This document shows, one piece after another, positions 51,735 through 63,203 of a stretch of 64,000 nt of DNA; position 1 is the first letter of the stretch; the number at the start of each line of letters is the position of its first letter. The DNA is taken from assembly GCA_026770705.1 (NCBI GenBank), contig JANJGN010000049.1, forward strand, positions 4,216,001-4,280,000. Reading direction: 5' to 3'. Both the position numbers and the translations under genes were made by a program. Source of the stretch: Isurus oxyrinchus (Eukaryota). Below the pieces are notes generated by a model. The model was not told the origin of the DNA. It ran no database searches and worked only from the letters and a program-made list of their open reading frames with translations.

Positions 51735-52888
51735 CACCTCACTGTTCACTTCATGTTTATGTCTAACAGACTCGATGCTGTTATTGGCTGAACAAGTCTT
51801 CTGTGTTTGAACTAAACACGCTCCCACTCCTGGCCCTCCTCAGGGAATGTTGTTTTCTTGTTGCTGTGTGAATTGTCACAATGAACTGTTCCCGGAGTCT
51901 CTTTTCCCTGGGACCTACAAAACCCGTCACTTCTCTTCCTCTTTCATTCTCTCTCTTTCATTCCCAGTTTGGGAGGGAGAACGAGGAGGGACAGTATGAA
52001 TTGCAGGGTTACGGGGAAAAGGCTGGGTTGTTGCAGTGACAGGGTGGGAAGAAGACGCTTTTTCTCAGCTGTAACTATTCTATGATTTCATATATGAAAT
52101 ATATATATTTCATTGCTCAGGTCTGTAGTCTTGGCCGAGTGGTTAAGGTGATGGATTTGAAATCCGTTGGTGTTACCCCGCATAGGTTCAAATCCTGTCG
52201 ACTACGTTTTCCATTATTTCTGATTTTAAACATTTATCTCAGAAATACGAAATGGAATCGACATTTTCGCAACACCTGTAATAGCAAAGATTGACCAATG
52301 CATGGCAGTGTAACCGTGATTGCTCACATCACATGAATCAGGCGCTGTCTCAATTATTACTGCATTTGACTCTGTCTCGGTTCATATTAAATTAGATGCC
52401 GTTTCTAATTCTATTACACTAGGACACGTCTCTAATCATATTAGAGAAGGTCACCTCTCAGTTGTTTCTGTAATTGGCTCAGTCACAGTTGTTTATGCAC
52501 TGGACGAGGGCTACAATACAATTGACAGTATCTCAGTCATGACTGCACTGAAGCAGGTCTCAGCTAAAGTTACAATAAGCCATGCCCCAGTTGTCACTGC
52601 ACTAGAGCTTGTCTCTGGTTATAGAAAACTAGAATATGCTTTTATTTGCATTTAACAAGACTCTGTCTCAGCTATTACTCCAGTAGAACCTGCCATGTGT
52701 CTATCAAATTGGACCCTATCTCAGGTAATGCTGCACCAATACATTCCTCCATTCATATCACACAATTCCCTGTTTCTATTGTTATCGTCCAATACCATTA
52801 CTCTTTTATTGCTGTACTTGTCCATGTCTCTGTTTTTATTAATCTCGTACCTTTGCCGGTATTTAATTCACCAGACACTGCGTCAGAT
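51735..52888 (+). repeat. Inverted duplicate of 27100-28210 (Ser tDNA block)
   Basis: Continuous reverse-complement similarity including the tRNA-Ser and the 27-bp repeat tract. Confidence 0.88.
52125..52206 (+). pseudogene. tRNA-Ser(TGA) paralog, partly decayed
   Basis: 82 nt; U7-C66 mismatch, variable-arm mismatch and several C-to-T changes relative to 27740-27821. Confidence 0.75.
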
Positions 52889-53630
52889 TATATTACAAAG
52901 AGCGCTGGATTATGTGAAGCTCCACTAGACTGTGTATCAGTTTTCTTATACTGGATCCGGTCTGTGTTATTACTGCACTAGGCTGGTTCGTATTACACAA
53001 GGTGCTGTCTCAATTATTACTGCACTCGGCACTGCCTCACTTTTGTTCCACTAATCGCAGCCCTGCTTATAACACATTCAATCATGTCTGTATTTATATT
53101 CCGCTAGACCATTTCAGAACAAGTTACACTAGACTCTGTATCAGCCTGTATCACACACGACCTTGTCTGTCTTTTCAATTAAAATGGATCCTGTCTCTGC
53201 AGAGGCTTTGTTTTTGTACCTCTGTCTCTGCTTCTATTCCACTCTCCCTTTCCCTGATTTTACACCACGAAATCATATCTGTCTCTCTTACACTGGCGGC
53301 AGTCTCCGTTATTACGACTTAGACTCTCTTTAGGAAGCAATTACTCTAGGCCCTGTGCCTGTAAGAACTGCCCTATTTCACTTGATATTGATCCAGGCCC
53401 TGTATTTCCGTCTCCGCTATTATAGCAGTAGACCCTGTCTATGTTAATATAGCACTTGTCTCCGTCCCTGCTTTTCGTGCACTCGGTCACGTCTTTGCTT
53501 AAGTAACATTAGATGTTGTCTCGATTGTTACTGCACTTGTAATGTCTTTGCTTAAATTGCACTAGGCACTGTCTCAGTAATTACCACACCAGACTCTGTC
53601 TATATTGTTATTTCACTTGTCTATGTCTCT
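52340..53630. repeat. Highly diverged 27-bp tandem repeat
   Basis: Recurring gactctgtctc...ttattactgcacta at 27-bp spacing; 9-residue periodicity in ORF 52320-52655. Confidence 0.7.
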
Positions 53631-55944
53631 ATAAGGTGGATGTCGAGTTAGAAATGGGCCTCTGACTTTGGCCTAAAACTAGAAGTTTCCCATTGACTGG
53701 TTGTTCCGCGTAGCTCCTGATATTAATTTTCGTTACAGCCAACAGTATTACATATGAGACATCGCCTTTTCTGTGTGTCTGTGTGAAAAGAAATCATGCT
53801 GCGTCATTCCGCAAAGATAAAAGATTTATCTTCACCAGAATGGTTCAGCTTTTTTTATTTTCTCTTATTCAACCTGTAACTACACATCGCCTAATATTGT
53901 AAATATTTATTGATAGTACATTCTGTTCTGTGCTCTTGTTCAGAATTTGATGTGATACTAACCATTTCTTTGCTAAGACGGGCATGTTTGTCAGCACACT
54001 TAGTTAATGTCTGTCATCTCTCTACCTGAGACAGAGTCTAACTCACTGAAACTTATTGAACTCTCTGTCTCCTTCTCTCTCTCTCTGCCTCTGAGAAATT
54101 GCACATTCATTTAACTCTCCACTTTTCTAATAACGCTATTTGGAATAAAAAACTGAATAAAGAATAATTCCCCTACATTAACTTCAGTGATAATCTTCAG
54201 CCCATCTCCACCCTCAATGAACGTGTTAAATCCCAAAGTGTTCCAGCATTTTAATTGCAGATAGATTAATACTGCAACTATTTATTGATAACTATTCGGT
54301 TGTTTTCCATTGTTTACAAAGTGATATCAGGCTGTCCATTTCGTTTCTAAGAATTGGCTTTTCTGTTCCCAATGATCAGTTAGAAAATTATTTATTATTA
54401 TTTCACGGGACGTGGGCTTCGTTGGTGAGTCCAACATTTTTCTCTCCATCCCTAATTGCCCTTGAGAAGGTGATGGTGAGCTGCCTTCTGGAACCACTAC
54501 AGTCCATGTGGTGCAGGTACACACAGAGTGCTGTTAGGAAGGGAGATCCAGAATTTTGACCCAGCGACAGTGAAGGAGCAGCGATAAATTTCCAAGTCAA
54601 GATGGTGAGTGACCTGGAAGGAAATTCCAGGTGGTCGTGTTCCCATGCATCTGCTGCCCTTGTCCTTCTAGATGGTAGTGGTCGTGGATTTGAAAGGTGC
54701 TGTCGAAGGAGCCTTGATGAGTTCCTGCAGTGCGTCTTGTAGGTGGCACACACTGCTGCTACTGTGTGGTGGTGGTGGAGGAAATGAATGGTGAAGCTGG
54801 TAGATGAGCTGGCAACAATTGAGCGACTTTGTGCTGGATGGTGTCGAACTTCTAGTGTGTTGTTGGAGCTGTGCTCACCCAGGCAAGTGGAAATAAGTGG
54901 AGCTGCTATCAGACCTGCTGAGCTTTCCAGCGTTTTCTGTGTTTACCCCTGGAGTGATGTTCAGTGAGTTCAGGAAATTGGTATCAGAGGGAATGGAGCT
55001 TGGAGAACGGATCCCTGGGGTGATGTTCAGTGAGTTCAGGGAGATGGTATCAGTACGACTGAGCTGATCAGGAATACGATTCATTATCGAAGCAGAAGGG
55101 AGAATGACAGGGCTAATGGATTTAACAGAAAAGGTGGAAGTGGAGTGTCAGTGTGTGTTTACCGGAATAAGGACGTGTATATGCTTAACAGAAAGGGGTG
55201 GGGCAGGGCAAGGTGTGGGCTATGTCTGTTTGTGTATTTAACAGAAAATGCGAAGCCAGTGTCTCAGTATCCGATCGGCCCCAGGGTCTGGGAACAAGCC
55301 TCATGTTTATGGTTACTTGCTGCATAACGTTGAACCGCGTCTTTGAGCATTTTTGCAGTTTTGTCCCCCCAGGTATGTCCAAGAGACCTAAAGCTCTGTT
55401 ATAATTTGCAGGAGTTGTACTTAATAATATATCAGTGCCAGACACGCTTCAGTCCCTGGATATGCCCATTGGTTTGTGCTCCTTATTCTGCCTGTATCAT
55501 ATATCTAGCCTGTGGCATCCCCACCTTCAAAGTGTTTAATCGAACAATGCAGAGGGATCTTTACCCTGTTACTGATCCTGGCTGCACCAACCGTGGGAGT
55601 GTTTGATGGGCCATTGTAAAGGGCGTTTTATGCTTCAATTTCCTGTCCTATATCAGCCTCCGATGAAGCCGAACCCTACAGGTTGGAATTGCCAGACATG
55701 TGACTGTGACCTTCCAGAGTGAAATCGCCGAGGTGACACTCCCTGTTCATTCATTCCGCCTCGAGCAATTGCCATAAACAGAGGTAAATTTCTCCTTACA
55801 CGGATGGGGCGATGGGTGTTAACAGAACCCCGACAGGAATGGTAAAGCTGGGAGAAATGTGCAATAGGGAAAATGGAGCGATGTCGATGGGCCTTGGAGA
55901 AAGGAATTCAGCAAAGTCACAGTTAGTTCACTTTTCATTCCAGA

Positions 55945-55986
55945 TTTATTAGTAATTTCAGAGAATATTTTACAGGAAAGTTTATT
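55945..55986 (-). terminator. Candidate polyadenylation signals for membrane IgM mRNA
   Basis: AATAAA on the minus strand at 55981-55986 and 55945-55950, about 400 nt after the TM2 stop. Confidence 0.6.
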
Positions 55987-56383
55987 TTAAAGTTAACAGA
56001 AGTGATTATATTTCCTGAAGTCACGTTGGGAACAGAACACTTGCGTTCTGAGTCCATATGCGCTCTGAGTTGGTAAACTGTATGTACCACTGGAACATAG
56101 ATCAGCATAAGAAAATAGTGGCTCAACGGAAAGGGAAGGGGGCAATAGTGAATAAGGAATGAGAAAAGTTATTTAATTAAAATTGAAATCCTAATTCCAG
56201 GGAAATTAGATGCTACAATTACATTACAACCATTACCATCTCGCACATTTCATACAGGAACACAGAAATACTGTTAGAAATTCGATCACAGATTCGGGAT
56301 CACCAAGAGAACATATTTTAAATTGAAATACAGAGATCTTAACGAACAGCTGAGGAAAAGCTACGAGGTCCAAATTCAACCGA

Positions 56384-56392
56384 TCACTTGAT
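56384..56392 (-). CDS. IGHM: IgM heavy chain TM2 exon coding part (Ile-Lys-stop)
   Basis: Acceptor ctccctgttttacAG then ATC AAG TGA, 140 nt downstream of the TM1 donor. Confidence 0.85.
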   Translation of the reverse strand: MK

Positions 56393-56532
56393 CTGTAAAA
56401 CAGGGAGAAAATAATGAAGCAGATGTTTATGATCTGGTGCATTTATGTTATAGTTTTTAATTGTTCAAATATTTAGAAAGTTTTCAAACCGCTTCTGTCA
56501 GATTGTAGTGTTAGTGGATTGAATCTTCTCAC

Positions 56533-56660
56533 CTTCACCAGAGTGACAGCAGTGCTGTAGAAAATGCTCAGGAAGAACAGGACAATGAATGTGGAAGCGG
56601 TTGTCCAGATGTTCCCGTTATCGTCCTCATTGTCTTCAATCCAGATGCGGTCTGTGGAAT
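56533..56660 (-). CDS. IGHM: IgM heavy chain TM1 exon
   Basis: ccctgtAG acceptor and GTgaga donor; (D)STDRIWIEDNEDDNGNIWTTASTFIVLFFLSIFYSTAVTLVK carries the antigen-receptor transmembrane (CART) motif. Confidence 0.95.
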
Positions 56661-57299
56661 CTACAGGGATATAACCGAGGAATTTTAATTGCATTCTTGT
56701 TAATCGAGGGTGTCTTACCGTTTTTTAAATATATTAATTCTATTGTATCTTCCTTAAGCTTTTGATCTGTTCAGTAATTAAGTTTTCAATGCATATCTGT
56801 TAATGAATAAGTGACTCTCAACAATCTCTGTCTGTTACTAACTCCACAGCTGCTCTCACTTTACATTTCTCATCCTGCCCCTATTGGAAAACGTGTTTTT
56901 ATTCCTTCGATACCAGTTTATTTTGGATGAATTTAGTACGACCTATCACTGGATTATATTATGGTGGAAATTGCAGGAGGTTTGCTAATTGATAACAATT
57001 ATTTTAATGATAAGTACTGATAGCTATTAATTCCAAGACTCTGAACTCTGTTAGTTATCTTTTGTGAATTTTGATCTTGTTTGTTTATTTGTGGTGGTAA
57101 TGTTCGGCACATAATTAACTTAAATCAGTTTATGATTAAGAACATTGCTTCAGCCTGTCTCCTGGGTCTTTATGTGCTCCCAGCAATTTTTGGAAGATGT
57201 GTCCTTTAAAAGAATAGATTTAAGATATACTTTCGTCTTTAGCCTGGCATTTGCCTTTGTGTTTTATAAATATTTGCATATATGTGCACGAGTATCTCT

Positions 57300-58224
57300 T
57301 GCTCTGCCTTTAACTGTGTTTGTGTGCCCTGTTGTATGAGCGTTGATGTGTGTGTTCATGTGGCATGAGTGTTGATATGCTTATTTATGTGTTGCCCGCC
57401 TTTGTGTGTATGTTTGTTCATTTGTAAATGAATGTGTATCAGTGTGTTAATGTGCCTGTCTGCGTTGATGTTTATGTTCACTTATTAATGTCTGTGTTAA
57501 AGAGTTTATTTACGTCCATGCCTGTTAATATATCTGATATTGTGCCTTTTTACGTTCTATGTTTGATATGTTAATGATTGTGCCCCCTTGAGCGTGTGAG
57601 TATGTTGAGGCGTGCCATTATGTGTTCTTGGATGTTTCTAGCTTTGTCTTAATGTATGTTTATGTGTCTATGTTTACTAAAGCGTGTGTTTATATATGTT
57701 TGTTTTAATGTGAGTGCGTGAATGTATTCATAGCTATTTCTTGCTCTATGTTTGTGAAAATGTTACTGTCTGTTCATCTATTTGTCTGTGTGCCCGTTTG
57801 TCAATTTTTTATGTGTGTAGAAATGCCTATGCATGTGCACTATTGTGTATGATAGTGTGTCGTTAAATCTATATTTTTGTGCTCGTTGAAGCACAGGAAT
57901 GAACATGTTCATGTACAAACTTACAGGACCTGTCTGAGTCTGTTTATGGGGCTGTGTATATCTGTAATTGTGTGTGTTGAGTGCACCCATGCATGCGTGT
58001 TTGTGTGTTTGGTCACAATCGTTTGCATGTGTGTGACTGTGTGTGCATGTGTGTGAGAGGGTATCTGTATTTTTAGATGCCTGCTTGTGTGTGTGTGTGT
58101 CTGTCTGTGTGTCTGTTTGTCGAGAGTGAGTGTATATTTCTGAGTGTGAGGTTGCATCTGTGCATATGTGTTGTGTGTTCCTGTGAGTTGCATGTCTGCA
58201 TATTTTCTATGTATATGTGTACTC

Positions 58225-58286
<62 letters not shown>

Positions 58287-59064
58287 TTGTGAGTGTGGGT
58301 TTGTTTGTGTGTGTATGCCTGTGCATGTTTATCATTGTGTGGGTCTGTGTTTGCATGTGCATTCTTGTGTGCTTGTGTGTGTGGCTATGTGTATATGCGT
58401 CTGTGTGCTGGTTTGTGTGTATATGTATGCTTGTGCTTGTGTATGTATGTGTATGTATGTGTGCATGTATGCCTGTCTATGTATGCATGCATGCTTGCAC
58501 CTGTTTGTGTATCTGTGCCTCTTTTCCCGTGCCTATGTATGAACCTGTGTGTTTGTTTCTGTGTACCTATGCATGTTTGCGTGTGTGTGTGTGTGTGTGT
58601 GATCTTCTGCCTGTGTGTGTGTTTATGTGTGTATTTTATCAGTGTGTGGGTGTGCGTTTACATGTGTGTTTGTGTGTTTTGATCGTGTGACTCAATTTGT
58701 TTTTGTGTGTATGCGTCCATGTGTTTGTGTGTGTGTGTGTGTTTGTGTGTATACATGCGTGCGGGTTTGTGTATATGCCTGTGTGATTGTGTGTGTGTTT
58801 GCGTATGTGTGTGTGTGATCTTGTGTCTGGATGTGTGTGAGTGTGTGCTTCTCTTTATGATGTATATGTGCTTCTGTGTGTCTCTGTTTGCCTGTCTGCG
58901 TGTGTGCCCGAATGTGTGTACCTCTGTTTTGCCTGCATGTGAGCTCGTGCATGCATGTGTGTCTGTGTGTCTGTCAGTGCATGTGTGTGCGCATGTCTGC
59001 TTCAATGTCTGTGGGTTTGTATCTATCCAAATGTGTGCGTGTTTGTGTATGTGTGTGTGCGTGA

Positions 59065-59110
<46 letters not shown>

Positions 59111-60642
59111 GAAAGTGTGTGTGTGTGTGTGTATGTCGATGTGTGTGGTTGTTTACATAGGCTTTTGTGTGTGTGTGTGATGCCTCTGTGTCTGGGTGTG
59201 TGCTTTTGTCTGTCTGTGTCAATGTCAGTCTGTGTTTATGTGTTCGGGCAAGTGTGCATGATCCAGTGGGTGTGTGTGTGTGTCTATCTGCCTGCATGTG
59301 TGCACGAATGTGTGTATGTCGGTGTATGCCTGTATGTGTGCTCTTTTATGCATGTGTGTGTGTATCTGTGAGTGTGTGTGTGTGTGCATGTCTGTGTTTG
59401 TGTGTGTCTATCAGAGTGTGTTTGTGAGTGTGTGTGTGTGTGTGAATGCGGGTGTGTGCGTCGATGTGTGTGCTTGTTTATGTATGTTTGTATGTGTGTG
59501 TGTGTGTGTGTATGTGTGTGTGTCTGTGTATGTGCATGCATGCGTGTGTGCCTCTGTGTCTGTCTGTGTAACTTTGTCTTTCTGTGTCAATGCCAGTCTG
59601 TGTTTATCTGTTCGGGCATATGTGTATGATCCAGTGGATGTGTGTGTGTGTGTGTGTGTGCGTCTGTCTGCCTGCATTGTGCCCGAATGTGTGTATATCT
59701 GTGTATAACTGTATGCGTGTTCATATATGCATGTGTTTGTGTGTCTGTAAGTGCGTCTGTGTGTGCACATCTGTGTCAAAGCCTGTGTGTGTTTGTGTGT
59801 GCGTGTGGATGTTAGTGTGTGTGTGGGGACGTGTGTGCTTGTTTACGTATGTGTGTGTGAGTTTGTATGTGCATCTGTGCCTGTCCGTGTGCTTTTCTCT
59901 CACTGTGTTGATGTCAGCCTTTGTTTATGTGTTCCGGCATGATCCAATGTTGTGTGTGTGTGTGTTTGTGTGTGGATGTGTTTGCTTGTTTATGTATGTG
60001 TGTGTGTGTCTGTCTGTCTGCGTGTTTTTGTCTGCATGTGTGTATGTCTTCTGTGTTGATTTGTTCGAGCGTGTGAGCTTGATCCAGTGCGCGCGGGAGT
60101 GTGTGTGTTTGTGTGTGTGCGTATGTGTGTGTGTGTGTGCGTGTGTTCATGTGGATGTGTCTGCTTGTTCATGTTTGTGTGTGTGTGCCTGCCTTTGTGT
60201 ACGTGTGTGTATGCAATTTGGTTTCAGTGCATGTGTGTGTCTCTATGTGTGTTTGTCTGTGAGAGAGGGAGAGAGACATCTGGTTTCAGACTGGGTGTGT
60301 GCCTTTGTTGTGTGTGTGTGAGTCTGTTTGTGATCTTTTGCCAGGGTGTGTGTGAGAGTGTCTTTGTCTGTGTGTGTGTGTGTATGTGCGTGTGTTTGGG
60401 TGTGTGTATGTGTGTATGTTTTACGTACTATTGTGTGTGCATTTTCCTATCACTGGTTGTGTGTGCATGTGTTTGTGTCTCTGTGTCGCTGTGTGTATTT
60501 GTCTGTGAGGGAGAGAAAGAAAGATCTGGTGTCAGATTGCGTGTGTGCCTTTGTTATGTGTGTGTGCGTGTGTGTAGGTGATCTTGTGCCAGGTTGTGTG
60601 TGAGCCTGTCTTTGTCTGTATGTGTATAAGTGTGTATGTATG

Positions 60643-60691
<49 letters not shown>

Positions 60692-60929
60692 CTGTGTGTG
60701 TGTGTGTGTGATCTTGTGCCAGGGTGTGTGTGTGTCTGTCTTTGCCTGTGTGTATGTGTGCATGTGTGTGTTTATGTGTGTATTGTTATGTACTTGTGCG
60801 CTTGCATTGTTTCTGTCAATGTGTGTGTGAATATGTGTGTGTGTTTGTGTGTGTTTCTGTGTGTGCATGTGAGTCCGTGTATGTGTGTGTGAGTCATCTT
60901 GTGCCAGGGCATGTATGAGTGTATCTTTT

Positions 60930-60999
<70 letters not shown>

Positions 61000-61045
61000 T
61001 GTGTGTGTGTGTGTTTATGAGCTTATGTCAGTGTGTGTGTGTATT
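57300..61045. repeat. About 3.7-kb degenerate (GT/CA)n tract with perfect runs, inside the CH4-TM1 intron
   Basis: Continuous TG-rich sequence; long perfect runs at about 58227-58283 and 60932-60995. Confidence 0.97.
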
Positions 61046-61993
61046 ATGTTATTAATGTAGTATGTATCACTGAACATCAATAACGTGGCCTGACAGTGAA
61101 GGTATGATCGATGGAGAACACAATTCGCCATTCTGTGTATGAATGTGTTTTCTTTGGGGTTCAATGTGACATCAAGCGATAGAATGCAACAATTAAACAG
61201 AGGTTCCCCAGAAACATTAGAAACAGAACCGGAAAAACAGGAAGGATGGAAACAGCAGTTCAGATTTGGATTATGAAAAATCATCGGCAACTTGTGATTT
61301 ACAAGAACAACAGATTGGAAATCATTTCAAAACATCACGTTGCACTATGTTTGCCATGATTGAAGATTACAATCTGAGCGCAGGAAGCTAGAAGCCACCT
61401 TGTATCTGAACCCATATCATAGACAGCTGTTCACTTCTAAACCCTCTGGTACTGGGAGGTTAGTGAGTTAATGTTCCCCTCTCCACTCTCTCTCGTTGGC
61501 TAAACAATTTCCTCTCCAGTTGTCTGTGTTGGGGATGTGCAGGTGCATTGCGTTAACTAATGCCCTCCCCCATTTCTATGTTGGCAAAGTCGAGATAGAT
61601 TTCACCTTCCCGTGTGACCCTCACTTCAGTTCCCAGTGGGTGCGATGTGGCAACATCCGGCTGGTAGAAGTTTGAATGGATGGACGAAAAGTGAAGCAGG
61701 AACAACGGGATCTGAATGCTGCTGCTCTGTGTGCTTGTGCTAAATGGGAAATGGTCAGAATTCACCTCAGCGAGGGGCAAGTTGGTGAAGTAACTTTACG
61801 GAATTCTGTGATGAATGAGCTTTATTCTGTCTCTAAGCCAGGGGGTATCTGAGCTGGGGGCACGGATTGCACAAGACTTGGGTCTGAGACCTGTAAATTC
61901 CCGACATCAACTAAACAGGCCTAACATTAGCAAAACTGGAAAACATAATTAATTAAGTGGCTGTGTATTTAATTCACAATTGGAGGAATATCC

Positions 61994-61999
61994 TTTATT
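61994..61999 (-). terminator. Polyadenylation signal for secreted IgM mRNA
   Basis: AATAAA 36 nt after the secretory-tail stop codon. Confidence 0.85.
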
Positions 62000-62035
62000 A
62001 TTTCTACTAAAGTTCGAAAAGTAAGTGATAGATTC

Positions 62036-62427
62036 TCATTGACATGAATTAACGGTATCCATCAGTGCAAGGGAAATGTTCACAAAACTCGGTTTACCGC
62101 TGGATTTATCAACCGTTCTGTTGATGATCTTCAATGGAATCGCTTCATGTCCCACCACACAGGAGTAAGAAGCGCCGCTGGCCCACTCCTCCCCTGCAAT
62201 GGATAACAGGCTGTACATGAAGAAGGAGTTATTGCCGTTCTCCGCCATCACCTCAGTGTTCTTGTAGTTCCCCGGATTCACCGGCTTGTCATTGACGGTC
62301 CACTTGATGAAGATCTCTCCGGGGGAGAAACCTCTCACTAAGCAGCTGAGGGAGATGAATCTCTGAGCGCAGACATCTTCAGCCGAGGGCAGGAGGACAG
62401 AGACGGACGGTTCCCACGGATATTTAG
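62036..62427 (-). CDS. IGHM: IgM heavy chain CH4 exon plus secretory tailpiece
   Basis: tttgcAG acceptor; C1-set domain [10 protein letters not shown]...KW...YSCVVGHEA; internal donor G|GTAAAC at 62098/62097; tail [20 protein letters not shown] with NIS sequon and penultimate Cys. Confidence 0.97.
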
Positions 62428-62897
62428 CTGCAAATAATTTACAATAAATGTCAAAAAAAACTGGAGAATTCCAGGGACAATGACACCGGTGGTTAGATGT
62501 GAGAGAAATGTGTTTTGTTTTGACTTTTCAAGATCTCCATTTTCCACTTTGTGGTCTGACCGGCTTTCTAGATCGGAGCAGATGTGGATGCAATCACTGG
62601 AAAGTTTCACCAGTAACAGTAACAGGCCATTCGGCCTAACAGCTCTGTGCTAGTGTCTGAACTCCACACCAAGCTCCTCCCACATTATATAATCAAACTC
62701 TGCAGTACAGTTTCTTGTTCATTCACCTAAATATGAATTTACTACTTAAATGCATCATTTACGGACCTAGGGGTTATAGTTAGTGAAATTGCCATTCAGA
62801 CTTGCTCATTAGTACATTGTGCATTGATTATTGGTTCTTAAACTTACACTGGGAATTTGCACACTCTTTCACTTATTGATTCATTCTCACCACTCAC

Positions 62898-63203
62898 CTT
62901 CTTCCTTGTGGATGGAATTTCTTAAAGGAGTCGGCAGATCCTGATGGCTCACCACGCAGTAGAACTCAGCCCCACTCAGCCAGGCTTGTGTTGAGATGTT
63001 CAGGTTACTGATCACGCTGTTAGGATCCTCTCCCGGCTGGACAGCAATCTCTGATTTCAAAGGCTTCTGTTCTTGTGTCCAGGACACGAGCACACCATAA
63101 GGGGCGTTACTCACGATACAGGTTAAGGTCACTGTCGCCACCAGTAAGACCTGTGCTATTGGCGGCGGCTGTAGAGTAATTACGGTGTCGTTGCAGTTGG
63201 AAA
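62898..63203 (-). CDS. IGHM: IgM heavy chain CH3 exon (acceptor reads AC, not AG)
   Basis: 306-nt open phase 1-1 exon [14 protein letters not shown]...[18 protein letters not shown]...[22 protein letters not shown]; donor GTgagt. Confidence 0.92.

Noticed and set aside
57272-57279. Octamer ATTTGCAT in the IgM intron as an enhancer core
   Set aside because: The same octamer occurs several times in the tDNA spacers (for example near 27322, 32446, 37963 and 52644), and no supporting motif cluster is evident.
57778-60918. Many Cys/Val- or His/Thr-rich ORFs
   Set aside because: Translations of the intronic (GT/CA)n tract.
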